64,000 nt of DNA from a virus. The notes under the pieces were generated by a model. It saw only the letters and a list, made by a program, of their open reading frames with translations. It was not told where the DNA came from and made no database searches. A program made the position numbers and the translations under genes. The stretch's first letter is position 1. Every line of letters begins with the position of its first letter. The stretch lies in the IMG/VR virus record IMGVR_UViG_3300048592_000564, positions 1 through 64,000 of that record; one strand, written 5' to 3'. Below, piece after piece: positions 18,196-27,600 of this stretch.

Positions 18196-18386
18196 CACTT
18201 CGGCTCCCGTAAATTCCCCGCCGGCACGATCCAGACCGTACCGTCGATCTCGACCCCGTGATTCCGTGGCCGCCCCCTGGAGGACACGACCACACGCCCG
18301 ACCTTGCCATGCAGGGGCATGAACGCCCGCCACTTGGCCGCGTACCAGACCTGGACCACCTGATTGAGTTTCGGGCACGAAATCAT
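18195..18386 (-). CDS. hypothetical protein
   Basis: 63 aa, TGATG coupling to the DUF5131 gene. Confidence 0.5.
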   Translation of the reverse strand: MISCPKLNQVVQVWYAAKWRAFMPLHGKVGRVVVSSRGRPRNHGVEIDGTVWIVPAGNLREPK

Positions 18387-18410
18387 TTTTTGTGTTGGTT
18401 TCCACGGAGA

Positions 18411-18439
18411 TGGTAGCTACACTGCCCACGCAGGACAAC
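18411..18439 (-). promoter_or_regulatory. sigma70-like promoter of the leftward operon
   Basis: TTGTCC-17 nt-TACCAT on the minus strand. Confidence 0.5.
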
Positions 18440-18460
18440 ATTTTCTTTCGGAGGATTCCC

Positions 18461-18670
18461 ATGAGAACCGATTTGAAAGACTACATCCCGCGCCCCGCGA
18501 CCTGGATTGCGCCCGATGGCCCGGCGGACCACCGGGTAATCCGGGTCCGGGTCAGCCCCGCCCAACGCCAGACCTTCGACGACGCGGCCGCGCGGGCCGG
18601 CAAGACCCTTTCGGGCTGGCTGCGTGATCTCGCGATCGAGGCGGCCCAGCACCAAGAGGCTGTGGCGTGA
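18461..18670 (+). CDS. ribbon-helix-helix-like DNA-binding protein
   Basis: IRVRVSPAQRQTFDDAAARAGKTLSGWLR; GGAGG RBS. Confidence 0.65.
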   Translation: MRTDLKDYIPRPATWIAPDGPADHRVIRVRVSPAQRQTFDDAAARAGKTLSGWLRDLAIEAAQHQEAVA

Positions 18671-18901
18671 TCCAAATTCTCTTACTCCTTGTCGCCCTCC
18701 GGCCGCACCCGCGGCGACAGGCCGCCGACCGTCGGCCACGGTCCCGAGACCCCGGCTATGATTCGCCGCACCAGGCCGAACCGGCGCGAATGATCGGTCG
18801 CTACCCGGCGGGATACGCTTAGCTCTGCCCCGTGGCGGTCGCGTGCCGGGCGATTGACCACGGGCCGGCGATCCCGAGGAGGGACGTCGACAACAAAATG
18901 C

Positions 18902-18930
18902 GCGGCCCCGGCGACCCCGGGGCCGTTTTT
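18902..18930 (+). terminator. intrinsic terminator
   Basis: GCGGCCCCGG/CCGGGGCCGT stem followed by a T tract. Confidence 0.6.
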
Positions 18931-19094
18931 CGTTCTTGAAACCACGCCAGATCCTGCTACCATTTCGCAACCCCCAGGAACCCCAAGATGAAACTGACCA
19001 AGAAAACCGCCAAGCGGATTCACAGCATCAAGGCCGCGCGACAGGCCCGGAGAGCCAAGCTGCCCCCGATCCTGCCCAGGGCCCGACGACGCCC

Positions 19095-19640
19095 ATGTCC
19101 GCCGACGGAACCGAACTCGACCTGCTGAGTCAAATCCAGGACCGCTTGCGCGAAAAAGTACCGTTTACGGTCCCGCAGTGCTTCCTGTGCGACATGCCGG
19201 TCCCGGAAATCTTCCCGCCCAGTGACCCGATTTGCACCATCAGCGTCGGGGCGTCGAACTTCGACCCCGAGTTGTTCGATGGCGGCGGCTTCAACCAGTT
19301 GACCCAGCACACGCCCATCTACGTGACGGTCCTGGTCCGCAGCACCCTCGACCACCCGCCCGCGATCGAGACCGCGTTGCTCGATCCCAACCGCGGCCTC
19401 CTGATGCGATACAAGCCCAGGATCTTGCGTGCCCTCTTGGCCGAGTGCGATTCCGCCCAGCACGACCAAGGCCCCACGATCCCGTGGTCACCCGAGTACG
19501 AGGGAGAGCCAATCCTCCGCGACTGGATCAAGCCCGTGAGCTGTTCCCAGCCGACCTACATGCAGACAAGTGACCGCGGGGGCGCGCGATTCCTTGGCAT
19601 TACCCTGACGTTCCGCTGCTCGTTTGACTGGCGGCTTTGA
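19095..19640 (+). CDS. hypothetical protein, possibly tail-completion-like
   Basis: 181 aa; N-terminal 'LLSQIQDRL' helix and C-terminal 'GITLTFRCSF' strand recall tail terminators. Confidence 0.4.
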   Translation: MSADGTELDLLSQIQDRLREKVPFTVPQCFLCDMPVPEIFPPSDPICTISVGASNFDPELFDGGGFNQLTQHTPIYVTVLVRSTLDHPPAIETALLDPNRGLLMRYKPRILRALLAECDSAQHDQGPTIPWSPEYEGEPILRDWIKPVSCSQPTYMQTSDRGGARFLGITLTFRCSFDWRL

Positions 19641-19667
19641 TGCCGAGAATTCTGAAAAGATTCCTGC

Positions 19668-19696
19668 TTGAAATCCGATCACTACCTCGCTAACGT
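19668..19696 (+). promoter_or_regulatory. sigma70-like promoter at the start of the long rightward region
   Basis: TTGAAA-17 nt-TAACGT. Confidence 0.45.
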
Positions 19697-19736
19697 GCCT
19701 CGTGCTAATTCTGACACGACCCACAGGGAGGTGGCG

Positions 19737-20036
19737 ATGCTCGAAACCCCGGATGTCCGCTATCGGGTCAACGACAGCGAGGGCAACTATTCCGCCGAGG
19801 CCGTGAAAGAGATCGCGTTGCTGCACGGCTGGCCCGACGGCAAAAACGCGCTCTTCGGCAAGTCGATGCCCAGCGGGGGCATGATCCAGAAGCTCAACGG
19901 CATGACGCTCTCGGCCGGAATCGCGTGGCTCGGCCCGATCGCGGACGAGCAGGTCGAGATCATGGCCAGCCTGGAGGTCGCGAGCGCGATCCGGTATCTG
20001 GTCAAGCACCGTGGCCACAAGATCGCGAGGGCATGA
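19737..20036 (+). CDS. hypothetical protein
   Basis: GGAGG RBS, coupled to the next gene. Confidence 0.5.
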   Translation: MLETPDVRYRVNDSEGNYSAEAVKEIALLHGWPDGKNALFGKSMPSGGMIQKLNGMTLSAGIAWLGPIADEQVEIMASLEVASAIRYLVKHRGHKIARA

Positions 20037-20395
20037 TGACTAAGCGACTCTACGTGGCCGGAGCCTACTCTGGCCCGGACGTGATCTCGGTGATGGGCAA
20101 CATGCGACGCGGCCTGCAGCTTTCCGCCGAGGCGATGCGGCTTGGATTCGCGGTCTATAGCCCGTGGTGCGATTGCCTGCTGCACTTCCAGCAAGAGATC
20201 CCGCTCGAGACCTGCTACAGGGTCTCGCTCCCGTGGCTGGAGGTCAGCGATGCCGTGCTGCTGGTCGAGCAGGGAGCCGGGCAATCCCGCGGCACCCAGG
20301 CCGAACTGTCCCGAGCACGTGAGCTCGGGATTCCGATTTTCACCAATACCGGGGACTTGTGCGAATGGGCGCACGGGACCGGGATTTACGACTAG
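20033..20395 (+). CDS. nucleoside 2-deoxyribosyltransferase-like (DUF4406/DUF1937) protein
   Basis: LYVAGAYSG...YSPW...WLEVSDAVLL...SRGTQAE...ARELGIPIF. Confidence 0.75.
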   Translation: MMTKRLYVAGAYSGPDVISVMGNMRRGLQLSAEAMRLGFAVYSPWCDCLLHFQQEIPLETCYRVSLPWLEVSDAVLLVEQGAGQSRGTQAELSRARELGIPIFTNTGDLCEWAHGTGIYD

Positions 20396-20404
20396 GAGAC
20401 GGAC

Positions 20405-20923
20405 TTGACACCCGACCAGCTACTTGACCTTCACCGCGTGCTCTGCGGCAGAGCGCAGACGATCATGGTTTCCAAGAACCGAGACTACCGGGGCGCGGGC
20501 GACGATCCGTTCGCGAACTTCCGCGGTTCCGAGTTTCTGGGCGTTGACCCGATCCTTGGAATCCTGATGCGTTGCATGGACAAGTTCCAGCGGATTCGCA
20601 GTTTTGCGAACACTGGCACCCTGGCGGTCAAGAGCGAGTCATTCGAGGACGCGGTCGTGGACGTGATCAACTACATGGTGCTCGCGGCCGGGATGGCGCA
20701 GGAGCGGACTAGGCCCAACGAGACAGCCAACATGGCCTACGAGATGGGCGTCCAGATCGGAATTCCTGGATTGTTTGACATCCAGGAAGAGGCGAGGAAG
20801 ATTCGCGACGAAATCGCCGACGACGTCCCGATCGCCGCCCCCGATGAACCGCTCGACGCCAACATCGCGTACCTGAAATCCCTCCCGGAGTCCCAGATCC
20901 CCGAGGAACCCCCGGCCACGTAA
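20405..20923 (+). CDS. DUF1599/Nmad1-like (MazG-related) nucleotide-modification-associated protein
   Basis: KNRDY...DPFANF...RCMDKFQRI...ESFEDAVVDVINY. Confidence 0.7.
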   Translation: MTPDQLLDLHRVLCGRAQTIMVSKNRDYRGAGDDPFANFRGSEFLGVDPILGILMRCMDKFQRIRSFANTGTLAVKSESFEDAVVDVINYMVLAAGMAQERTRPNETANMAYEMGVQIGIPGLFDIQEEARKIRDEIADDVPIAAPDEPLDANIAYLKSLPESQIPEEPPAT

Positions 20924-20932
20924 GGACGCACT

Positions 20933-21229
20933 GTGCCGAAACGAACCCACCAACACGTCACCCCGGCCCCAAGCCCCAGCGAACGCGAGATCGGCGCCGA
21001 GGTCCGGGTAACATGGCTTGATCATGCCTGCGTGGCCGAGTGGCACGACTCAGCGGAACGCGAATATGCCCTCCGGACGTTCCACACCTACGGGACCGTG
21101 ATCGAATCCCACGACGACCGACTCGTGGTCGCCAGCACGATCGGGGACGGGTGCGTGGGCGACGTGAACATTATCGGGCGAGCGATGATTACGGAAATTC
21201 ACATCCTTGGCGACGGAGCAGCCACATGA
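20933..21229 (+). CDS. phage hypothetical protein
   Basis: VRVTWLDHA...TYGTVI...LVVAST pattern recurrent in phages. Confidence 0.55.
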   Translation: MPKRTHQHVTPAPSPSEREIGAEVRVTWLDHACVAEWHDSAEREYALRTFHTYGTVIESHDDRLVVASTIGDGCVGDVNIIGRAMITEIHILGDGAAT

Positions 21230-21507
21230 CCTCACTCCTGGAACGTGTCACCACCACGCCAGCCCGCGCCCTTGGGGCACCCGACTGGTTCAAGGCCATG
21301 AGCGCCGCCGACCAGCAGGACATCCGAGACCTCTTGGCCGTTCGGCTGCGCGACGACGGGACTGTCCGGCACTCGTTTCAGCAGCTGGCCGAGATCGTGA
21401 TTGAGCACTACGGGCTAGCGGTCAAACCCAACAGCGTCCGGATGCGATTGGCCGAAATCACCCGCGAGATTCAGCAATGCCCAAGAAAAGCCTCCAAGAA
21501 AAAGTAG
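21226..21507 (+). CDS. hypothetical protein
   Basis: GGAG RBS, ATGA coupling. Confidence 0.45.
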   Translation: MTSLLERVTTTPARALGAPDWFKAMSAADQQDIRDLLAVRLRDDGTVRHSFQQLAEIVIEHYGLAVKPNSVRMRLAEITREIQQCPRKASKKK

Positions 21508-22463
21508 CCTCGACCCCGACGGCCGGTCAACGCGAGGTCCAGGGCCTGAAGGAGCAATTGCGCGAGGCCCACCGGCTGATCGAGCAGCAGGCCGAGCGGA
21601 TCGAGCGAATGGGTCGACCGGGCGTCAAGATCCCAGCCGGGAAAGCGCCCCGGCGACACAAAGGGTCCTATCTCCGGGTCGTGGTCCCCGATACCCACGG
21701 GAGCCAGTGTGACCCGCGGGCCGTCGCGGCATTCTTGGCCGACCTGGAGCACCTCCAGCCCCGCGAGATCGTACTCTTGGGCGACCACCTGGACTGCGGC
21801 GGGTTCTTGGCCGAGCATCACACGTGGGGCTACGTGGCCGAGACCGACTACACGTTCGAGGACGACATCCGAGCCGCAAACGACTTCCTGGATCGAATCC
21901 AGGCCACGAAGTCCAATCCCACGATCCACTACTGTGAGGGCAACCACGAACGACGAATTGTTGCGTTTGGGATCACGCAGTCGCTGAAAATGCGGAGCGA
22001 CCGCAAGTTTATTCTGCAAAAGTGGATCGAGATGTTTGCCCCCATGAGCGTGCTCAACATCGAGAAGCGAGGAATTCATTACTACCAACAGGGCGAGTTC
22101 TACAGCGAGAACGCGATCCCGGCCACGATCACGCTCGGGCAGGAGATGCTGACCCACGGGAGTTTCTGTGGTCGCCATTCCGCCAAGCAGCACGTCCAGG
22201 AGTTCGCCGCCAATGTGACGTTCGGACACACGCACCGCGCGCAGTCCTACATCACCAGGACCGCAACCGGCAAGACGATCGTGGGCCAGAGCCACGGGTG
22301 CCTGTCCAGGCTCCAGCCGCTCTGGCAGCACACGAGCCCGACCGGCTGGTCACACGGCTACGGGATCCGGCTGGTTCATCCCAGCGGGGAATTCCTGCCC
22401 TTCCATGTCCCGATCGTCGACGGACGATCACTACTCGTTGATCTCGCGGACCGGCTGAGGTAG
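21477..22463 (+). CDS. calcineurin-like metallophosphoesterase
   Basis: PDTH, LGDHLD, EGNHE, THG and GHTHR motifs. Confidence 0.9.
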   Translation: MPKKSLQEKVASTPTAGQREVQGLKEQLREAHRLIEQQAERIERMGRPGVKIPAGKAPRRHKGSYLRVVVPDTHGSQCDPRAVAAFLADLEHLQPREIVLLGDHLDCGGFLAEHHTWGYVAETDYTFEDDIRAANDFLDRIQATKSNPTIHYCEGNHERRIVAFGITQSLKMRSDRKFILQKWIEMFAPMSVLNIEKRGIHYYQQGEFYSENAIPATITLGQEMLTHGSFCGRHSAKQHVQEFAANVTFGHTHRAQSYITRTATGKTIVGQSHGCLSRLQPLWQHTSPTGWSHGYGIRLVHPSGEFLPFHVPIVDGRSLLVDLADRLR

Positions 22464-22788
22464 GAGTTTTAACCTAGCATTGTCGAATGTGCGTAAACAG
22501 TGTGATATGTAGCCATAGGGAACATGTTTTAGTAACCCGGCAGATCGCGGTATTGCAAATGATTCTCTCCCACAAGATCCAGCTCGATCCGACAATGAAA
22601 CAGCGGGGCTATTTTGCCCGCGCAGCCGGCACGTCGCATGTCGTGCCCGACAAGGGACCGGAGATCAGGACGCCGTTGACTTGGCAGGAGTGGGACGCGC
22701 TCAAGCGTGCCGTCCGGGCCATGCGGGCACATGAAAAACAGGTTGACGATCAAGCCTGAGCGACAATGCTTTGCCAAGGAGTAACGCA

Positions 22789-23400
22789 ATGAAACACGCA
22801 TGGACGCTTGCCTGCCTGCTATTCGCCACGACGGCCTGCGCGGACTGGCCCCAGGTCGTGAGCGCGACGGCCCGAATCACCACCCCGGGCACCGGCACCG
22901 CGGTCGTGTACCGGGTGGACGATGATTCGATTTGGCTCTTGACCGCCGGCCACTGCACGGCCCACACGGATACCGTCCAGGTCGAGTTCTTTCGTGACGG
23001 CCGCCCGCTGCCGCTCGTGCGCGGCCAGGTCGTGCTGGCCATCAATGAGTCACGGGAGCGGGACGTCGGGATCGTGAAAGTCGCCGCGAAGGACCTCGGT
23101 CACTACCGCCCGCCCGCAATTCCCCTCGGGGACCCTGAGCGGGATCCCGCACTGGGCCAGCAGGTCGTGAGTTGCGGCTGCTCGGACGGCGCGTGGCCGA
23201 CGCTGTTCCTGGGCCACGTCGATGAAATCGAAAGCCCCCGGATGTTCAACGTCACCCCGTCGGTGCGCCCGGGCCGCAGTGGCTCCGGGGTATTCGACCA
23301 CACGGGAGAAAGAATCCTGGGCATCCTGACCCGCGAGAGCGGCGGGACCGTGGGATTGCGACAGATCAAGGCCCTGGCGGGCCGCTGGACCTGGAGGTGA
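22789..23400 (+). CDS. secreted trypsin-like serine protease
   Basis: Signal peptide; LTAGHC (His), DVGIV (Asp), PGRSGSG (Ser). Confidence 0.85.
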   Translation: MKHAWTLACLLFATTACADWPQVVSATARITTPGTGTAVVYRVDDDSIWLLTAGHCTAHTDTVQVEFFRDGRPLPLVRGQVVLAINESRERDVGIVKVAAKDLGHYRPPAIPLGDPERDPALGQQVVSCGCSDGAWPTLFLGHVDEIESPRMFNVTPSVRPGRSGSGVFDHTGERILGILTRESGGTVGLRQIKALAGRWTWR

Positions 23401-23401
23401 C

Positions 23402-23830
23402 ATGATCGCGAAATCGAAACACGCCCGAGCGCTCGCGATTGAGTATCGCGATGCACGCAGGCTGGTGGCATCAATGCGACAGACCAATCGCGAACTCGCG
23501 GCCAAACAGCGAGAACTCGCGATTGCCAAGCGGGACCTTGAATCCGCAAGGACAACAATCCGCGATGCCCTGCCGGTCTATGTCCGCGCCCAGGAAATGG
23601 AACGCCACCACTTCGGTCAGCAGTTCGTGCTGTCGGTCGCGTTCAACCCCCATTGCATCTGGCGGGCAAGTTTTGACGTAAACCTTCATCGCCACGGTGG
23701 CGACGTGTACGAACTCGACAGCCATGCCCGCTGGGTCGCCCAAGATGCCGCCGAGAAAATCCACCACACCATCATGGACGAGATCCGCAAGCAAACCGGA
23801 ATCCCTGGAGGACCCTATGGCCGCTTCTGA
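23402..23830 (+). CDS. hypothetical coiled-coil protein
   Basis: GGAGG RBS, in-operon spacing. Confidence 0.5.
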   Translation: MIAKSKHARALAIEYRDARRLVASMRQTNRELAAKQRELAIAKRDLESARTTIRDALPVYVRAQEMERHHFGQQFVLSVAFNPHCIWRASFDVNLHRHGGDVYELDSHARWVAQDAAEKIHHTIMDEIRKQTGIPGGPYGRF

Positions 23831-24170
23831 CCTCTGGCTCTACCGAGCCGACACCGACCTCCTGCGACCCGTCCGGGTCCACTGCCCCGACGGCCGCTAC
23901 CCGGCCCACGACGCCGACGGCAAGATCGTGTACGAGAACACGCACTTTGATTCCGAGCGAGATGCCTGGGAATGCTTGTTCCGCAACGCCCAGGCCGGGG
24001 TGAGCCTCGCGGGCGGGCGCGTCAAAGAAGCCCGCCAGCGGGTCCTGGAGGCCAACCAGTACGCGGCCGACATGGCGGTCGAGTTCGAGACCGTGCGGGA
24101 CGGATGCAGGGACTTCGCACGGGCACAGGAGAGCATGGACATCCCCACGGAGGAATTGTGCGATGAGTGA
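23817..24170 (+). CDS. hypothetical protein
   Basis: GGAGG RBS, overlaps both neighbours. Confidence 0.5.
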   Translation: MAASDLWLYRADTDLLRPVRVHCPDGRYPAHDADGKIVYENTHFDSERDAWECLFRNAQAGVSLAGGRVKEARQRVLEANQYAADMAVEFETVRDGCRDFARAQESMDIPTEELCDE

Positions 24171-25626
24171 GCGTCGAGTGGTCCAGGCCGGATTCAGTGG
24201 TGCGGTCGGGGGTGCGGGAACGGAAGCGTTCGAGACCGCCCGATTCTTCATTTCCCGAGGGCTAGAGGTCCACATGGTGCCGACCTGGGAATCGCCCGAC
24301 CCGGTGCGCCGCCAAGAGGTCGAGCAGCTGGGCGTCACGGTCCACTGCATCAAGCCCGCGGGGGTCGGGGACCTGTTACGCGAACTCGGGGGCCCGCCGG
24401 TGGTCTCGTTTTGCAACCCCGGCTTTCTGACGCACTACCGCCGCTTCAAGGAGCACAGCCCGACCGTCTGGGTGAACTGCATGACCTCGATCTCAGGCGA
24501 GGAACGGGCCGCGTGGAAGAAAAACGGGCTCCCGGCCGCGTTCGTGTTCCAGAGCGAATTCCAGCGGCGGCTCCTGGAGCTACGGCTCCAGCGTCACCAG
24601 TACCGCCAGGAGCTCGGGCACCTGATCCGCGGGGCGTTCTGCTTCGACACCTGGGACTTCGACCCGCTGGCCCGCGTCGAGGGCGAGCCGTTCGTGGTCG
24701 GACGCGCGGCCCGGCCCGACCCGTCGAAGTGGTCGAGCAATACCCTGGAGGCACTCGACCCCGTGCCGAACGTCCGGGCGCTATTCCTCGGCGCCGACGA
24801 GCGGGTCCGCCGACAACTCGGGCGGCGACGCTGGGCCGACATGCTCGCGCCGGGAGCCGTGCAGGCAAAGTCCTACTACAAGCGGCTCCACGCGATGATC
24901 TGCTATAACAGCACCGCCAAGGAGAACTGGCCCCGGGTCGGGTTGGAAGCGATGGCGACCGGGGTCCCGCTCGTGGTCGACGGCCACTGGGGCTGGACCG
25001 AGATGGTGCGCCACGGCGAAACCGGGTTCTTGGCCCAGCGGACATCCGAATTCACCGAGTACCTCCGCATCCTGGAGGCCGACGAGGCCCTGCGGCACCG
25101 GATCGCCCAGCAGGCCCGGCACTCCCTGGAGACGGAACTCGCGAACCCAGACGCGATCTGGGGCGGCTGGTGCGGGATCTGGCGCGCCATCGGGGCCGAG
25201 CACTTGTGCGACGTCACGGGACCGTCGCCGCTTGCCCCCTCGATCGAGAACGTGCGGGACCTGCTGGCCGCCCAGCGATCCGACGACGAGGCGCTCATGG
25301 GCAACGCCCGTGCGATCCTGGGCGTCACGGAACCGCCCGGCCAGCAGTTTATCGCCAGCAAGAACATCGAACTGGGCCATCCGGTCTGCTGGCAAGACGG
25401 GATGATTTTAGGATATCCGGTGGTCACCGACCGCTCGATGGAACCGCTCAACCCTGGCGATTTCATGCTAGCCCGACCCGGCCAGCCAAGTGCATTCCGA
25501 TTCGACGCCAAGGAACTGCAGCCCAAGGACTCCCACGAGGCGACGGAGGACACACGGGAACAACTTTCCTGGACACCCGAGACCCCCGACCTACAATCCC
25601 GGCAAACCCCCGAGGAGGAATCATGA
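24163..25626 (+). CDS. GT4 glycosyltransferase with C-terminal extension
   Basis: GGAGTE N-terminus; KENWPRVGLEAMATGVPLVV...EMVRHGETGFL. Confidence 0.85.
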   Translation: MSERRVVQAGFSGAVGGAGTEAFETARFFISRGLEVHMVPTWESPDPVRRQEVEQLGVTVHCIKPAGVGDLLRELGGPPVVSFCNPGFLTHYRRFKEHSPTVWVNCMTSISGEERAAWKKNGLPAAFVFQSEFQRRLLELRLQRHQYRQELGHLIRGAFCFDTWDFDPLARVEGEPFVVGRAARPDPSKWSSNTLEALDPVPNVRALFLGADERVRRQLGRRRWADMLAPGAVQAKSYYKRLHAMICYNSTAKENWPRVGLEAMATGVPLVVDGHWGWTEMVRHGETGFLAQRTSEFTEYLRILEADEALRHRIAQQARHSLETELANPDAIWGGWCGIWRAIGAEHLCDVTGPSPLAPSIENVRDLLAAQRSDDEALMGNARAILGVTEPPGQQFIASKNIELGHPVCWQDGMILGYPVVTDRSMEPLNPGDFMLARPGQPSAFRFDAKELQPKDSHEATEDTREQLSWTPETPDLQSRQTPEEES

Positions 25627-26105
25627 CAGGCCAGATCCCCATTGTGCAACTCAACGTCGAGTCCATGCGACACACGATGCAGCAGGCATTCAGCCAGCAC
25701 CTGCTCGACATGGACAAGATGTTCCAGCACGCGATCGAGCAAGCGTGCCGGCCTGAAAACGTCCAGGCGGTCCTCCAGGATGCGGCCGAGCGGTTTCTCC
25801 GCGAGGCGGTTGACCAAGATGTCCGGGGCTTCTTCGCCCACGGGCCGGGCCGCGAGGAGGTGCGCCAGATGGTTGCCCGCGCGCTGACGCGCCACCAGGG
25901 GCCCACGGCCGAACAACTCCGTTATCTCGTCAAGTGCTTCGCCGACGACCAGGAGGTCGCGGAGGCGCTCGACCGATTCGACGCCTACGAGCGTGGCGAA
26001 GCGGATCCCGAGCACCGGCCCGACATGGGACCTGAACTCGACCCCTGCGCGACCCCGACGGACCACGGGGCCGCCTATCTGGCAACCAAACAGGAGACCC
26101 GATGA
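25623..26105 (+). CDS. hypothetical protein
   Basis: GAGGAGG RBS, ATGA coupling. Confidence 0.5.
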   Translation: MTGQIPIVQLNVESMRHTMQQAFSQHLLDMDKMFQHAIEQACRPENVQAVLQDAAERFLREAVDQDVRGFFAHGPGREEVRQMVARALTRHQGPTAEQLRYLVKCFADDQEVAEALDRFDAYERGEADPEHRPDMGPELDPCATPTDHGAAYLATKQETR

Positions 26106-26758
26106 ACACTTTCGACGCCCGAGCGATGCACCAAACGATCGGCCACGACCACGGGATCGTGATCGAGGCCGGAAGCAATGAATTCGACGACACCGCCGGG
26201 TTCGTGGCCGAGATGCCGCTCGCCACGTTTCACTGCTTCGAGTGCGACCCCAGGGCGATCGCGAAGGCGAAAGCGAAGAACCTCCCCGCGAACGTCCACC
26301 TCTACGAGGTCGCGCTCTCGGACCAGGTCGGGACCCACGAGTTCCACCAGAGCGACGGCCAGCCGGACGGCGACTACTGGCGGGGCTACGGGAACCACTG
26401 GGACAAGAGCGGAAGTTTGCTCCCGAACGACCGCCACACCAAATACACGAACTGGATGTCGTTCCTGCCCCCGATCGTGGTCCCGACCACGACCCTGGAC
26501 CACTGGGCGACCGAGTACCTCGCGCCCGACGCGGTCGTGGACCTGATTTGGGCTGACCTCCAGGGCTCGGAAGCCATGATGCTCCGCGGCGGCCAGCAGT
26601 TGATCAAGCGGCTCCGCTACCTGATCGCCGAATGCGACCCGCGGCCGTTATACAAAGGCATGGCCCGCCTCCAGGACCTCGACGCCCTGCTGCCGGGCTT
26701 TACCCGCGTGGCCGAGTACCGGGGATTCAATCACCTTTGGCGGAACGACGCACTATGA
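26102..26758 (+). CDS. FkbM-family methyltransferase
   Basis: IEAGS, CFECDP, SGSLL, TTTLD, DLIWADLQGSE. Confidence 0.85.
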   Translation: MNTFDARAMHQTIGHDHGIVIEAGSNEFDDTAGFVAEMPLATFHCFECDPRAIAKAKAKNLPANVHLYEVALSDQVGTHEFHQSDGQPDGDYWRGYGNHWDKSGSLLPNDRHTKYTNWMSFLPPIVVPTTTLDHWATEYLAPDAVVDLIWADLQGSEAMMLRGGQQLIKRLRYLIAECDPRPLYKGMARLQDLDALLPGFTRVAEYRGFNHLWRNDAL

Positions 26759-27600
26759 CGGCCATCCGGGTCAACCTGATCGGACAACTGGGAAACCAAT
26801 TGTGCATCCATGTCTTCGCCAAGGTACTGGCAGTCAGGACCGGCCTTTGCTACCGCGCGCCGCGTTGCTTCCTGGACAAGCAGGGCCGCCCGCTCCAGTG
26901 GACCGGCGACCCGCTGTTCACCATGACACCCTCGCCAGGCCGATCGGCCGGCGACCGGCGGCCCGTCAATCTCCGCTGCGGCCACTGGGTGGACGTGCCC
27001 GCACTCGAACACGCGACCCGGATCACGCTGAGTTGCGGCTACTACCAGCGTTACGAGTATTTTCGCCCCTACGTGGACCAGATCAGGAACGAGTGGCTGA
27101 AGCTCCAGCGGCCGTTCCTGGAAACCGACCCCGCGGCGGTGTACTGCCACGTTCGAAGACGTGATTACGTCCCGACCGCCCAGCGGCCCGTCACGCAACA
27201 GCAACAGCCGCTCGCCGCCACGCTGGACGAGTACGCGGCCTGCCTGCGGCACTTCCCGGACGCCCGACGACTCGTGGTCTGCACCGACGATCCCCGGGAC
27301 CCGTGGCTCTACGAACTAAACCGCCTGGGGATCCCGGTGACGATCAATGGCGGGACGTGGGACCACGACCTACTGACGCTCATGAGCGCCGAGAACCTGT
27401 TGATCTGCCAATCGACCTACAGCTGGTGGGCAGGCTTCCTGGGACGCGCCCAGCGGATCGTCTGCCCGGTGTTTCCAGGGACGCACTGGCGGCTTGGACT
27501 GGATGGCGGACTCACGGGACCGCCCCGCAATGGCGACTACCCGTCGCTCTGTGTTGATGATGACCCCCGGTGGATTTGGGAACAAGGAGAGCAAGGATGA
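26755..27600 (+). CDS. GT11 alpha-1,2-fucosyltransferase-like protein
   Basis: GQLGNQL, GYYQ, HVRRRDYV, STYSWWAGFL. Confidence 0.85.
   Translation: MTAIRVNLIGQLGNQLCIHVFAKVLAVRTGLCYRAPRCFLDKQGRPLQWTGDPLFTMTPSPGRSAGDRRPVNLRCGHWVDVPALEHATRITLSCGYYQRYEYFRPYVDQIRNEWLKLQRPFLETDPAAVYCHVRRRDYVPTAQRPVTQQQQPLAATLDEYAACLRHFPDARRLVVCTDDPRDPWLYELNRLGIPVTINGGTWDHDLLTLMSAENLLICQSTYSWWAGFLGRAQRIVCPVFPGTHWRLGLDGGLTGPPRNGDYPSLCVDDDPRWIWEQGEQG

Noticed and set aside
22464-22759. AT-richer gap and 90-aa ORF
   Set aside because: Start codon is ambiguous and there is no motif, so it is not supported enough to call.
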